The notes: generated by a model not told the origin, from the sequence alone. 64,000 nt of DNA from an uncultured delta proteobacterium (GCA_963842085.1 CAWJET010000001.1:1920001-1984000); one strand, 5' to 3'; positions 9,808 through 22,418 are shown, numbered from the stretch's first letter. Program-made: numbers and translations.

Positions 9808-12126
9808 ATGAGTAAATCACTCGACGGGATTAATATCGTTGAATTCGATTCCAACCTTGGCGCCGCTTACGCCGCGATGCTGCTGGCGGAAAACGGCGCG
9901 CGCGCCATCAAGATCGAGCCGCCCGGCGGTTCGCGCGAGCGCGGCACGCCGCACTTCCACGTCCTGAACCGCTCCAAATGTGCGCTCGAGCTGGACCTCG
10001 ACGATCCCGCATCGCAAGCCCGCGTCGCGGACCTCGTTCGATGGGCCGACATCGTCGTCACCGGCTTCACACCGGCCCGCCTGCGGCAACTGAAACTCGA
10101 TCCGGAATCGATTCGCCGCGTAAATCCGCGCGCGATTGCGCTCGGCGTGCCTCCGCTCGGCAGCCGCGGCCCGGACGCCGACTTCGACGCGAATGACGAT
10201 TTGGTCACTGCGCGCGGCGGAATCACCGGCAGCCAGTGGGCGCGCAGCGGCGATCCCGTCGCCCTGGTTTTTCCGGCGGCGAGTTATTCGGCGGGCGTGA
10301 TGGCAGCGACGGCGGCGGTCGCCGCGATCCTGGCGCGCGGCGCGGACGGAGCGGGCGATGCGGTCGAAGTCTCGCTCCTGGCCGGCGCGTTCTCGCTCCA
10401 CACCGGCGCAATCCTGCGCCACGAAAAAATGACCAACCTCTATCACGGGCCGCAGGATCCGCTCGGCCCGATCCCGGTCTATCGGTTGTTCGAGGCCGCC
10501 GACGGCAAGTACCTGTTTGCCGCATGCGGCAACGCGACCTTCTGGGGCAAGTTCGCGATCGCGATCGAGCGCCCCGACCTGGTCAGCGACCCGCGTTTCG
10601 AAAATGCCCCGTGGGGAATCCCGGCCGAGCACTGGCAGCCGCTCAAGGACATCATCGAGCCGATCATCCGCACGCGCACGCGCGACGAATGGCTGAGCAT
10701 CTTGCGCGAGTCCGACGTCCCGTGCGCCCCGGTGATGTCTCGCCGCGAGTTCATCGAGCACCCGCAGACGCGCGCGCTCGCGATGCGCGCTGAAATCGAC
10801 GACCCCGCCCTCGGCCGCACGATTCAGATGGGCCTGCCGGTGTTCCTGAACGACACTCCCGGCGAAATTACCGGTCCCGCGCCTGCGGTCGGCGACGCTC
10901 GCGTCGCATTGCAATGGCTCCAGGAGCCAGCGCACGACACGTCGCCGGCAAAAGATGTGCGCCGCGGTGAACGGCCTCCACTCGATGGCGTCACCGTGCT
11001 CGACTTCGCCAGCTACATCGCTGGTTCGTACGGCCCGATGATACTCGCGCAACTCGGCGCCGAGGTTATCAAGATCGAGAGCCTCGAGGGCGATTCGTTT
11101 CGCCATTTCGGCTTCGGTTTTCTCGGTTGGAACCAGGGCAAGCGCGGCATCTCGGTCAATCTCGCGACCGCGGAAGGCCGCGAGATCATTCATGGGCTCG
11201 CGGACAAGGCCGATATCGTGGTCGAGAATCTGCGCCCCGGCCGGATGCGCAAATTCGGCTTCGATTACGAGACTCTTGCGGCGCGCAACCCGCGCATCAT
11301 CTATATGTCGGTCAACGCGTTCGGAAATCGCGGGCCCGAGCATAACCAGCCCGGTTTCGATCCGCTGCTGCAGGCACGATCGGGCGTGATGGCGGCGCAG
11401 GGTGGCCACCATGGGCATCCGGTGTACCTGACGTGCGCGATTTGCGATTACGGCGCGGCAATGCTCTCCGCGTTCGGATGCGTGCTGGCGCTGTGCGCAC
11501 GCGAACGCACAGGACGCGGCCAATTTTGCGAGACCTCGCTGTTGCAATCCGCGATGGCCTTCCAGGCGGGAGAGTTTGCGTTCTATCCGGGACGGCCCGA
11601 CTTGGAAAATGGCGGCGCGGAGAATCGCGGGTGCTCCGCCCTGTCGCGAGCCTATCAATGTCGCGACGGCGAATGGCTATTCATCTCGCTAGCGGATGAA
11701 ACTCAATGGAAGGCGCTAATGACTATTCTGCCGGGCCTGCCGAATAGCAACTGGGATGCGGCCGCGACGGAACCGAACGAAGGCGCGCTCGCGGCGGCGC
11801 TGGCGGAACAATTTGCCATGCTCGAGCGCGACGACGCTCTCGCGGCGCTCAAGAAATCCGCCATCCCGGCGACGCGGGTAAATCATATCCGTGAATTGTT
11901 CGACGATCCGCAGGTCCTTGCCAACGACCTGATCGCCGAGTTGTCTCATTCGCAATGGGGCCGCGTTAAGCAAACCGGATTGCTGACGAAGTTTTCAGCG
12001 ACCCCCGGCATGATCGAGCGCGCCGCGCCGCTGCTCGGCGAGCACACCGACGAGATCCTCCGCGAGTACCTCGGCTACTCGCCCGACCGAATCGCCACGC
12101 TGCGCGCCGCCGGCATCGTCAAGTGA
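9808..12126 (+). CDS. Double-domain CaiB/BaiF family III CoA-transferase
   Basis: Two tandem CoA-transferase domains (LAENGARAIKIEPPGG; LAQLGAEVIKIES...ENLRPG...PGFD), ending in APLLGEHTDEIL. Confidence 0.88.
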   Translation: MSKSLDGINIVEFDSNLGAAYAAMLLAENGARAIKIEPPGGSRERGTPHFHVLNRSKCALELDLDDPASQARVADLVRWADIVVTGFTPARLRQLKLDPESIRRVNPRAIALGVPPLGSRGPDADFDANDDLVTARGGITGSQWARSGDPVALVFPAASYSAGVMAATAAVAAILARGADGAGDAVEVSLLAGAFSLHTGAILRHEKMTNLYHGPQDPLGPIPVYRLFEAADGKYLFAACGNATFWGKFAIAIERPDLVSDPRFENAPWGIPAEHWQPLKDIIEPIIRTRTRDEWLSILRESDVPCAPVMSRREFIEHPQTRALAMRAEIDDPALGRTIQMGLPVFLNDTPGEITGPAPAVGDARVALQWLQEPAHDTSPAKDVRRGERPPLDGVTVLDFASYIAGSYGPMILAQLGAEVIKIESLEGDSFRHFGFGFLGWNQGKRGISVNLATAEGREIIHGLADKADIVVENLRPGRMRKFGFDYETLAARNPRIIYMSVNAFGNRGPEHNQPGFDPLLQARSGVMAAQGGHHGHPVYLTCAICDYGAAMLSAFGCVLALCARERTGRGQFCETSLLQSAMAFQAGEFAFYPGRPDLENGGAENRGCSALSRAYQCRDGEWLFISLADETQWKALMTILPGLPNSNWDAAATEPNEGALAAALAEQFAMLERDDALAALKKSAIPATRVNHIRELFDDPQVLANDLIAELSHSQWGRVKQTGLLTKFSATPGMIERAAPLLGEHTDEILREYLGYSPDRIATLRAAGIVK

Positions 12127-12129
12127 TCG

Positions 12130-12693
12130 ATGGATCCTGAGGCGGCTGCCGTCATCGCTCCACATCTGCTCGCGCGCGAGGAGCTGCTCTGGTGCGGACG
12201 CCCGCATGATACGACCGCGCTTCGATGGCGCGCCGGCGCGATCGTCCTGGTCGGAATCGCGGCGCTGGTGATGCGTGCGTTGCCGCTCGACTCCAGTCTT
12301 GCCGAGCGTGCCGACACCAATTCAATTCTGCTGGCAGTGTTGGTCGGGGTGCTCATCGCGGAAGCGATCGTGTTCCACTGGTATCTGTCGAACACGTTTT
12401 ACGGTGTCACCAATCAACGCGTGATAATCGTGTCGGGATTGAGAGAGCGCGAGATGGTGGCGGCTCTGCTCGACCGGCTGAACACTCCGCAACTACGCCT
12501 GCGGCGCATCCACCGCGACATAGAATTGCGCGCGCCCGGTGACCAGGGCTTTCAATTGAGATACCTGCCGTTCACGAACCCTTCTGTCCCGCCGGATTGG
12601 ATTGGATCGCCCGAGTGCTACCGCCTGATCGCGCTTGACGGCGCAGTTCGAGTGTACGACTTGATCGCCGAATCGGCGCGCAAGCTGGAATAG
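12130..12693 (+). CDS. Membrane protein with probable bacterial PH-like domain
   Basis: EELLWCGRP, two TM helices, then TFYGVTNQRVIIVSG. Confidence 0.6.
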   Translation: MDPEAAAVIAPHLLAREELLWCGRPHDTTALRWRAGAIVLVGIAALVMRALPLDSSLAERADTNSILLAVLVGVLIAEAIVFHWYLSNTFYGVTNQRVIIVSGLREREMVAALLDRLNTPQLRLRRIHRDIELRAPGDQGFQLRYLPFTNPSVPPDWIGSPECYRLIALDGAVRVYDLIAESARKLE

Positions 12694-12712
12694 TCAGATC
12701 CAGCGGAGCGCT

Positions 12713-13810
12713 CTATACGATCCGCAGATAGTCCGGCGATGGCAGCGGCGGGAATTTTGCCGCGGGCAAAGTCTGGTACCAGTACGCCACCGACGCGATG
12801 TCGTCCTGCAGCGGCAGGAACTCCGCGCCCTTGCGCGGATCGCTCATCCATCCGAGCGCCTGGATCGTCACCCGCAGATCGCGCTTGAACCTCACCGGAT
12901 CGGCGATATGCCAGCGGTACATTCCGAATCTCTGCTGCGACGCGTACAGCCCGTCGGGCCGAATGACTTGCGGCAAACCCGCGTAGGGCGTCGTGAACTC
13001 GCGATAGCCGCCGTTTTCCTTGCCCACGTCGAAGTTGTACGAGCCGCAGAAATAATCCTCGGTGCCGGTGCCGCAGATCGTGGGAAACTCCGCGTCGCCG
13101 TCGATGAAAAACTTTATCTCGCCCTCGCCCCACCATCCGCTGTTATGAACGCCCCACGCCATGTAGGTGCCGACGTATTGCCCGCGCCCCGTAACTCCGT
13201 CGAGGATTGTGTAAACCTCCTTGTACGGGATCGGATTCACGCGCCGGAACTGCGCGTGGAAGTACGCAGCATCAGTAGGTACTTCAGTTAGTACATAGTT
13301 GATTTGATAGAATAGTATCATTGCCGTGTCCGCAGTATTGGTCATGGTAATCAGGCAGCGCTTGCGAAACGGCATTTCCCAATAGCAATTGAACGCGCTG
13401 CCGGGATTCACACACACCGCCAGCGACGAAACCTGCGCGTACTTGTTCCATCCGCACGCGAAAAAATCGCCGACCGGGCATTCCACCGACGGCTCCGGCG
13501 ACCCGTCCCAGTAAATTCTCAAGATGCTCGAGCGCCACGGTCCCGTCGGCGTCATCCAGATTTGCGCGATCGCGCCTGCGCCCGCGATATCGGCCAGCAC
13601 TTTCACTTCATCGGGCTCGATGACGACGTACGGCGCGACCTTCCATCCGCGGCCCAGCTTGCGCGCCGGACTCTTGGCCGGGTCGGGGATCGCCATTGCC
13701 CCCTTGCCTTTTTCGCCGGTTGGATTTTCGGGACTTATCGAGCGGCTCTCGGCCGTCGAAAGAATCGCGAGCTTGCCCAGGTGCATGCCGAGTCCGTTGA
13801 ACGATGCCAT
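12713..13810 (-). CDS. DUF2961 / glycoside hydrolase family 172 protein
   Basis: RSISPENPTGEKG, WWGEGEIKFF, GTGTEDYF and DDIASVAYWYQ motifs. Confidence 0.88.
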   Translation of the reverse strand: MASFNGLGMHLGKLAILSTAESRSISPENPTGEKGKGAMAIPDPAKSPARKLGRGWKVAPYVVIEPDEVKVLADIAGAGAIAQIWMTPTGPWRSSILRIYWDGSPEPSVECPVGDFFACGWNKYAQVSSLAVCVNPGSAFNCYWEMPFRKRCLITMTNTADTAMILFYQINYVLTEVPTDAAYFHAQFRRVNPIPYKEVYTILDGVTGRGQYVGTYMAWGVHNSGWWGEGEIKFFIDGDAEFPTICGTGTEDYFCGSYNFDVGKENGGYREFTTPYAGLPQVIRPDGLYASQQRFGMYRWHIADPVRFKRDLRVTIQALGWMSDPRKGAEFLPLQDDIASVAYWYQTLPAAKFPPLPSPDYLRIV

Positions 13811-13883
13811 CGTGTGCGCCTCCTTATGACGGGCCGCGCAATTCTAGTCCGGTCGGCTCGCAACGCGGAAGGATTTCAGCGGC

Positions 13884-14855
13884 TTACAGTTCGAGGTCGA
13901 CGGTCACGAAATCGTGATCGGAAACGCGACGCATCAGAATCGGCGATCGCGGCGCTACGACCGCCGCCGTTCCAGCGATCGGACGGAGCTCGCGGACCGC
14001 GAGCCAATCGAGTTTTGGCCTCATCGATCGCGGGATCAGTCCGGAGAAGGTGAAAGTCGGGCGATTGGCGGCGTTGGCGCCTTCGATCTCAAGTCCACTC
14101 TCTCGTAGATGATCGAACAACGGCTCGTATGCCTGCGGCGCATGGAACCTCTTCGGATTCCAGATCATTTGCCGCGCCGCCGCCAACAGCAACCGCCGGC
14201 TCGACAGCTCAGTGGTAGTAGTATTCAGGTCGCCGCCGAAAATCGCCCGGCCCGCAGCCGGGAACGATTCCAGGTAAGTCGCGATCTGGCGCGCGCGCTC
14301 GGCCGGCGTGCAGCGGCTGTGCAGATGCGCAACGCCGACGGTCAACTCTTCGCCGCCGAATTTCACCCGGGTGACGATTCCGGTTGGCGTACCCATGCGC
14401 GTCCAGTGCCCCCGGCTTCTGGGCCATGCCATGGGCGTGGCCGGTTTGTGCATCGCGACGGCGGCCACGTCCTCGAACGGCGCGGCGCTCAGGATCGCAT
14501 TGCCCATGTACGAGACGATTTCGCCGCCATGCCGGGGTGCCAGACCGTACTCGGGAACGTACGCGCAGCTCAGCTCGAGCATCTCGCCTAGTTGGGCCGC
14601 GACGTCGCGGCCCTGCGACCGCTTCTTTCCCGCACTTGAGTTGATCTCGCACAGCAGGACCAGGTCGGCGCCGTGCAGCGGCGGACGTTTCAGACATGCG
14701 GCGATCTCGCGCAAGCGCCGGCCGCCGGCCGCGTTGAGCAGCACGACACGCAGGCGCGATCTCGCGCCGCGCGCCGCACGATTCACGACGATTGGCGGAA
14801 AATGCGGCGCCGGCTTTGCGCCACCAGGAGTGCTGAGGTCGCGCGCGCGGTCCAT
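13884..14855 (-). CDS. Endonuclease/exonuclease/phosphatase family protein
   Basis: LLCE, GNAILS, GGDLN, LDW and SDH motifs. Confidence 0.8.
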   Translation of the reverse strand: MDRARDLSTPGGAKPAPHFPPIVVNRAARGARSRLRVVLLNAAGGRRLREIAACLKRPPLHGADLVLLCEINSSAGKKRSQGRDVAAQLGEMLELSCAYVPEYGLAPRHGGEIVSYMGNAILSAAPFEDVAAVAMHKPATPMAWPRSRGHWTRMGTPTGIVTRVKFGGEELTVGVAHLHSRCTPAERARQIATYLESFPAAGRAIFGGDLNTTTTELSSRRLLLAAARQMIWNPKRFHAPQAYEPLFDHLRESGLEIEGANAANRPTFTFSGLIPRSMRPKLDWLAVRELRPIAGTAAVVAPRSPILMRRVSDHDFVTVDLEL

Positions 14856-14864
14856 CGCCCCGAG

Positions 14865-16952
<2,088 letters not shown>

Positions 16953-17055
16953 GAGTCTCGCTTCATCCTATCTGCCTCCCTGCGGTCTGTCATTCCGATC
17001 GAGGTAATTCCGCCGTATGGCACAGCGGCGAGCGCGCCAGTTACAATTCGGTGCT

Positions 17056-18804
17056 ATGGCCTCCGCTTCCGCACCACGCGCCTCTGCCACGTTGCAGCAA
17101 TCTGCGGCTGGCGATTCGCGATTCCGCCTGCGCGCCGGACTCGTCCTCATTCTCGCTGCGATTCTCTTCTTCGCCCGCCTCGGTGCGCGAGCGCTGTGGT
17201 CCTCGGAATTCCGATGGGCCGAAATTGCGCGCGAGATGCTGGTGACGCACAACTACTTCTGGCCGACCATCAACGGTCACGTCTATTACGACAAACCGCT
17301 CGGCTCGTACTGGCTCGTACTTTTTTCGACACCGATCACAGGCGGCCTCAACGAGGCGGCCACGCGCCTGCCCTGCGCGATAGCGGGCTTGCTCGCAGTG
17401 GGCATACTGATGATCCTCGTGCGACGCCTCTACAACGCTCGCACCGCGATACTCGCCGGCGTCGTCCTCGCGACCAGCTTCAGCTTCGTATTCTTTTCGC
17501 GCCACGCGAGCGCCGACGTGGAAACGCTCACCGGCGAACTCGCCGCGCTGCTGCTCTTCAATCACAACGAAGAGCGCGGCGGTGGCATCTGGGTCGTTGG
17601 CCTGTGGCTGATCATGGCGGCGACATCGCTGACCAAAGGTCTGCTCGGATTCGTGTTGCCGCTGCTGGTGATCGGGGTGTACTCGTGCCTGCGCGACGGC
17701 GGTGCGCAGTTTATTCAGGAAATTTCGCGTGGAGCCCTGGCCGAACGGACACGACGACTCATCGCGCGCAACCGATGGTTCTTCAATTGGTACACGATTG
17801 TGGGCATCGCGTTGGGCGGGCTGGTGTACTACCTGCCTTTTGAGATTTCCTCGCGCCTCACGGGCTCTGAAAAGGGCCTCCGGATGGTGTATCGCGAGAA
17901 TGTCGTGCGGTTTTTCCACCCGTTCGACCATCGCGGGCCCATCTACCTCTACGTCTATGTAATCTTCGCCCTGATGGCTCCGTGGTCAGCGCTGCTGCCC
18001 GCGGTACTCGTCGAAACGCACAACCTCCGTCACGCCGGGGCCGAGCCCGCTCGCGCGGATCGATTTGCATTGGTTTATTTCTGGGCGACGTTTATATTTT
18101 TCACGCTCTCGGGCTCGCGCCGCAGCTACTACATCCTGCCGATTCTGCCCGCCGCGGCAATCCTGATCGCCCGAACGCTCGCCTGTCGCGGCGAACTACG
18201 CTCGATGATCGCCCGGCGCCTGCTTACCGTCGGCTACGCAATCGTCGCACTTGCCGCAATCGCCGGCATCGTTCTGCTGATTCCCGCCCGAGCGATTCTC
18301 CCGAGTCCCTACGACGGGCTGCCCGCCCTGCCCAACAAGTCCGCGTTCATCGTGTTCTGGGTTGTATCGGTGGCGGCCGTAATCTACGCGATTCGTAAAT
18401 TCAGTTCCTATCGCGTCGCGATTTCCATGGGCGCAATCGCCTACCTCGCGATGACCTACATTTATATCTTTGCGATGCCTGCGGCGGAGGCTTACCGCGG
18501 CGAAAAGCCATTTGCCTACGCGGTCCTGAACAAGGTTGGCGGTTCCACCGACGGGCTCGTACTATTCAAGACCGAAGGGCCGCTGTTTTATCTCAATCCG
18601 CCCGCGCCGCTCCCCGAGTTCGACAAAAAGCAGGAGCTGGAGGATGCGATCGCAAAAGGCGAGGCTAAATGGATGATCGTTCGCCGCCGCGACATGCCCA
18701 AGCTCGACACCGCGGCCACCGTCGAGCTGAGCGAGGCGTCATATCCGTGGGAGACCGACTACAATTTCCGCAACAAGGTAGTCTTGGTCCGCCTCGGCAA
18801 CTGA
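17056..18804 (+). CDS. ArnT/PMT-family (GT-C, GT83-like) membrane glycosyltransferase
   Basis: SEFRWAEIAREML, YYDKPLGSYW, RLPCA, LTKG and RRSYYILP motifs; many TM helices; start uncertain. Confidence 0.82.
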   Translation: MASASAPRASATLQQSAAGDSRFRLRAGLVLILAAILFFARLGARALWSSEFRWAEIAREMLVTHNYFWPTINGHVYYDKPLGSYWLVLFSTPITGGLNEAATRLPCAIAGLLAVGILMILVRRLYNARTAILAGVVLATSFSFVFFSRHASADVETLTGELAALLLFNHNEERGGGIWVVGLWLIMAATSLTKGLLGFVLPLLVIGVYSCLRDGGAQFIQEISRGALAERTRRLIARNRWFFNWYTIVGIALGGLVYYLPFEISSRLTGSEKGLRMVYRENVVRFFHPFDHRGPIYLYVYVIFALMAPWSALLPAVLVETHNLRHAGAEPARADRFALVYFWATFIFFTLSGSRRSYYILPILPAAAILIARTLACRGELRSMIARRLLTVGYAIVALAAIAGIVLLIPARAILPSPYDGLPALPNKSAFIVFWVVSVAAVIYAIRKFSSYRVAISMGAIAYLAMTYIYIFAMPAAEAYRGEKPFAYAVLNKVGGSTDGLVLFKTEGPLFYLNPPAPLPEFDKKQELEDAIAKGEAKWMIVRRRDMPKLDTAATVELSEASYPWETDYNFRNKVVLVRLGN

Positions 18805-18828
18805 TCTGCTGAGGAAGCCCGCTTGCTT

Positions 18829-18973
18829 GTCATCTCGACGACGCGAACATCGCAAGCGCCTAAAGGATCTGTCAGGCCAGCCGGCAATCCGTCTTTGTCA
18901 TCCCGACGAGGCGAGCATCGCGAGCCAAGGAGGGATCTCGGAGCTTCGCGCAAGCGAAGCCGGTTCCGGTCTC
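18829..18973. repeat. REP-like family B (GTCATCCYGA...GGATCTCGG...GCTTCGCG-CAGCGAAGCCGGTTCCGG), two copies
   Basis: The roughly 77-bp unit at 18897-18973 is similar to 44954-45030 and 53136-53213; located between convergent genes. Confidence 0.8.
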
Positions 18974-19011
18974 TTACCCGCGCGCTTCGCGCGGTCCACC
19001 AGGCAGAAGCC

Positions 19012-20154
19012 TCACAGTCGCATCGGCATGACGACGTAGGTGTACTGCTGATCGGTCTCCGTCCTGATGACCCCGGGGCTTACGTCATCGCTGAGCCCGA
19101 GCTCCACGGTCGAATCGTTCCCTGCCGGAATCACACCGAGCACCTGCTGCACGTAGGACGCGTTGAATCCGATCGCGAATTCTTCGCTCTTGAAATCGAC
19201 GTCCAGCGACTCGCTCGCTTCGCCGGTCTCCGGACTCGTCGACGAGACCGTCAGCGTCCCGGCCGACAGCGCGAATTTGACGCCGTGATAGCGTTCGCTC
19301 GAGAAAATCGCCGCGCGCTTGATTGCCGAAAACAGCAAATCCCGCTTGACGACGATCTTGTACTTGGACTGCTTGGGGATGACGCCACGGTAATCGGGGA
19401 ATTCCCCCTCCACCAGCCGCATCGAGACTTCCGTCGCACCGCGCTTAAGGTATGCGAGCTGGCCCTCGAGGCTCAGCCGCACTTCGGCGTCGCCGCCCTC
19501 ATCCAGAATTTTGCGCAGTTCCGAGAGACCCTTTCGCGGAATGATCGCGCCGGTCTCCATCCTGAATCCCGGCACTTCGCGGTCGATCATCGCCAGTCGA
19601 TGCCCGTCCGTCGCGACCATCCGCGCCGAACCCGGCGCGTTGGACTCTACGAACACCCCGCTCAGGTTGTAACGGGCTTCATCCGGGCTGACGGCGAAGA
19701 TCGTTTTGTCGATCATTCCAGCCAGCACGGCGGCCGGAATGGTCAATTCGGCCTTGAGTTGTTTTTTTGCCGGACCCGAATCCTTGCCGGCACTTTGGCT
19801 TGGCATGGCGGGAAAACTGCGCGGGTCGAGGCCCATCATTTTGAATTTCGCGCGACCGCACTTCAGCTCGACCCAATCGCCGTCGAGCGACGTCAGCGCG
19901 ACTTCGTCGCCTTCGGTCTCGCGCACGATTTCGAAAAGCTTGCGCGCGTTGAGCGTCAGGCTTTTCTCCTTGCCGGAACACGCGACCTGGGTGCGGATTC
20001 CGACTTCGAGGTCGGTTGCGCTCAAGGTCAGCGCATTTCCGTTTGGCTCGATCAGAACATGGCCGAGTATCGGAACCGTCGTGCGCCGTTCCACGATGCC
20101 CTGGACCAGTCCCAAACCGCTAAGCAACGAAGCGCGCTCGATGGAGAGTCCCAT
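19012..20154 (-). CDS. dnaN: DNA polymerase III beta sliding clamp
   Basis: TVPILG, LSATDLEV, MVATDGHRLA, GEFPDY and C-terminal VVMPMRL. Confidence 0.96.
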   Translation of the reverse strand: MGLSIERASLLSGLGLVQGIVERRTTVPILGHVLIEPNGNALTLSATDLEVGIRTQVACSGKEKSLTLNARKLFEIVRETEGDEVALTSLDGDWVELKCGRAKFKMMGLDPRSFPAMPSQSAGKDSGPAKKQLKAELTIPAAVLAGMIDKTIFAVSPDEARYNLSGVFVESNAPGSARMVATDGHRLAMIDREVPGFRMETGAIIPRKGLSELRKILDEGGDAEVRLSLEGQLAYLKRGATEVSMRLVEGEFPDYRGVIPKQSKYKIVVKRDLLFSAIKRAAIFSSERYHGVKFALSAGTLTVSSTSPETGEASESLDVDFKSEEFAIGFNASYVQQVLGVIPAGNDSTVELGLSDDVSPGVIRTETDQQYTYVVMPMRL

Positions 20155-20395
20155 GAATTGTTAGCCCGTCTTCCTGTTTCTGGATCTTGGATCTCTAAAA
20201 AAGAATAGCAGTAATAGTAGGAGTTGTGGATTTGTTGATTGATCTTTCAAGCGCCCGAAAACGAAGGCCGTTCGGCCGCTGAAAAGCTGTTGGCGGAAAA
20301 GCGGCTGACCGACAGGGCCGGCCTTGCGCGCGCCGGCCCTGTCGATATCTCAATCCTTATGCCCACCTCCTCCACAGCCTCCTCCACATCGATTC
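20155..20395. other. Probable replication origin (oriC unwinding region)
   Basis: dnaA-dnaN spacer with an A-run, DnaA-trio-like TAG CAG TAA TAG TAG GAG (20206-20223), adjacent boxes TGTGGATTT and TGTTGATTG (20225-20241), and degenerate boxes TCCTCCACA at 20368 and 20380. Confidence 0.72.
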
Positions 20396-21817
20396 TCACG
20401 CGGCATTGGCGCGAATCGATTTAAGCTCGCGCTCGATTTTCTCGATCGAGAGCCGAAAAGCCGAATCACTGGTCACCCGGCGCATGATCAGGTTGTGCGC
20501 GTGAATCACGGTCGAATGATCGCGCCCGAAATGCTCGCCGATGGTCGGGAACGAGCTGTCGGTCAGCTTGCGGCACAGGTACATCGCAACCTGGCGGCAA
20601 AATGCGATGTGCTGGGTGCGCTTCTTCGACTTCAAATCCGTCAGCTTGATATGGAAAAAATCCGCAACGGTTTTCTGGATCGATTCGACGTCGGGCTTGG
20701 CGTCGGCATTTCGAATGAGATCCTGCAGCGCCTTGCGCGCGAAATCCACCGTGATTGCCAGGTTTTCCATCGAGGCCAGCGCTGCCAGCCGCGTCAGGCA
20801 TCCCTCCAGCTCGCGCACGTTCGACGAGACACTCTGCGCGATATACATCGCGACTTCCGGCGTCAGCCGCAGATTTTCGAGCACCGCCTTCTTCTGCACG
20901 ATCGCCACGCGCGTCTCCAGATCGGGCGGCGCGATGTCCGCGATCAAGCCCATCTCGAAACGATTGCGCAACCGCTCCTCGAGTCCCGGGATTTCGCGCG
21001 GAACTTTGTCCGAGGTCAGAACGATCTGATGCCGCTCGGCATGAAGCGCGTTGAACGTATGGAAGAATTCTTCCTGCGTGCGCTCGCGGCCGGCCAGGAA
21101 CTGCACGTCGTCGAGGATCAAGGTGTCGACCCGGCGAAATTTCTCGCGAAACTCGCCCATCTTGTCGCGGCGCAGCGAACCGATCAGCTCATTCATAAAG
21201 ATTTCGGCCGGCATGAAGAGCACTTTTCGCGGCCGCTCGCCGCTGGCCCAGATCTGGTGCCCGATCGCGGTCACCAGGTGCGTCTTGCCCAGGCCTACCC
21301 CGCCATAGATGAAGAGCGGGTTGTACTTTTCGCCCGGCTGATTGGCGACCGCCTGCGCCGCGGCATGCGCGAACTGATTGGCCGATCCCACCACGAACTC
21401 CGCGAAGCTGTAGCGGGGGTTCAGGGTCGGATGGCGATCTCCGCGCGGCAGCCCGGCTGCCGTCGTGGCGCGATTCGCCGCGGAGGCCTTGCCGTTACTG
21501 TTGCCGTTTGCATGACCATTGCCGTTGCCGTTGGTGTGGCCATTGCCCGGACGTTGCGGCGGGGGCCCCGCCGCAGCATTGTTGCCGAGAGTCAGCCGCA
21601 CCTCGATTTCCCCGCCCGCCTCCTCCGATAGCGCCGCGCGCATCAGGCTCAGATAGCGATCGTTGATCCAGTCGCGGAAAAACCGGTTGGGCGCCTCGAC
21701 TGTGACGGTCGATCCTTGATGACCGACAAAGTTGAGCGGCCCAATCCACGTCTCGTAGCCGACCTGACCAAGTTCATTGCGCATGCGGTCGGCGGCTCGT
21801 TGCCACAAACCATTCAT
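20396..21817 (-). CDS. dnaA: Chromosomal replication initiator
   Basis: YNPLFIYGGVGLGKTHL, DDVQF, QEEFFHTFN, SNVRELEG and RDHSTV; ATG 21817 follows GGGGGAG. Confidence 0.97.
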   Translation of the reverse strand: MNGLWQRAADRMRNELGQVGYETWIGPLNFVGHQGSTVTVEAPNRFFRDWINDRYLSLMRAALSEEAGGEIEVRLTLGNNAAAGPPPQRPGNGHTNGNGNGHANGNSNGKASAANRATTAAGLPRGDRHPTLNPRYSFAEFVVGSANQFAHAAAQAVANQPGEKYNPLFIYGGVGLGKTHLVTAIGHQIWASGERPRKVLFMPAEIFMNELIGSLRRDKMGEFREKFRRVDTLILDDVQFLAGRERTQEEFFHTFNALHAERHQIVLTSDKVPREIPGLEERLRNRFEMGLIADIAPPDLETRVAIVQKKAVLENLRLTPEVAMYIAQSVSSNVRELEGCLTRLAALASMENLAITVDFARKALQDLIRNADAKPDVESIQKTVADFFHIKLTDLKSKKRTQHIAFCRQVAMYLCRKLTDSSFPTIGEHFGRDHSTVIHAHNLIMRRVTSDSAFRLSIEKIERELKSIRANAA

Positions 21818-21905
21818 ATCGTCTCCCCCTGTGAAAACCGGAACCTCTTCCCCGTTCCGGAAGTAGTGCACGGGCATCGAATCCCGCGCGAAATTACGCA
21901 CAGTC

Positions 21906-21925
21906 TTATCCACACCTGTGGATAA
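21906..21925. promoter_or_regulatory. Pair of perfect DnaA boxes upstream of dnaA
   Basis: TTATCCACA (21906-21914), CC, TGTGGATAA (21917-21925). Confidence 0.9.
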
Positions 21926-22418
21926 CGAACATTTCCTTTGTCACCTTCAACAATTTGACGGCTCTTCACACCGGACTATCAACTCTTCCGGGTTACGATC
22001 GGTTTTGTGAGGCTTGAAAGTCTGGTCGAGAATGCAAGCGATGCAGACGTGCTTGGAAGCCATTAGCCCACGCGCCGCGAATGAACCCGGCAGTCGAAAT
22101 CGGTTCTCGAAAGTACGAAGTTTGCGGCCAAGGGAACGTGATAAACTTATTTCGCGATGAGGACAAGCGCGAAAAAAATTTTCTTTCTATGCGCGCGGAT
22201 CGAAAAGGAAATTTTGTGCGCGGAGGTTCGCGCGCCGCGCGCACGAAATTTCGCGCCGATCCTGCGATCGCTAGCAGCCGCTCTGGAAGCAGTCATGCGC
22301 GATCCGGAATTTTCGCGTCGTGCTGCAATTCGGTCGCATCAACACGCGTGCAATCGGATTTTTTTGCGCGCTCGAAAAAACAATTTCTGATCGCACCCGA
22401 GATCGGCAAGGAATTGCG

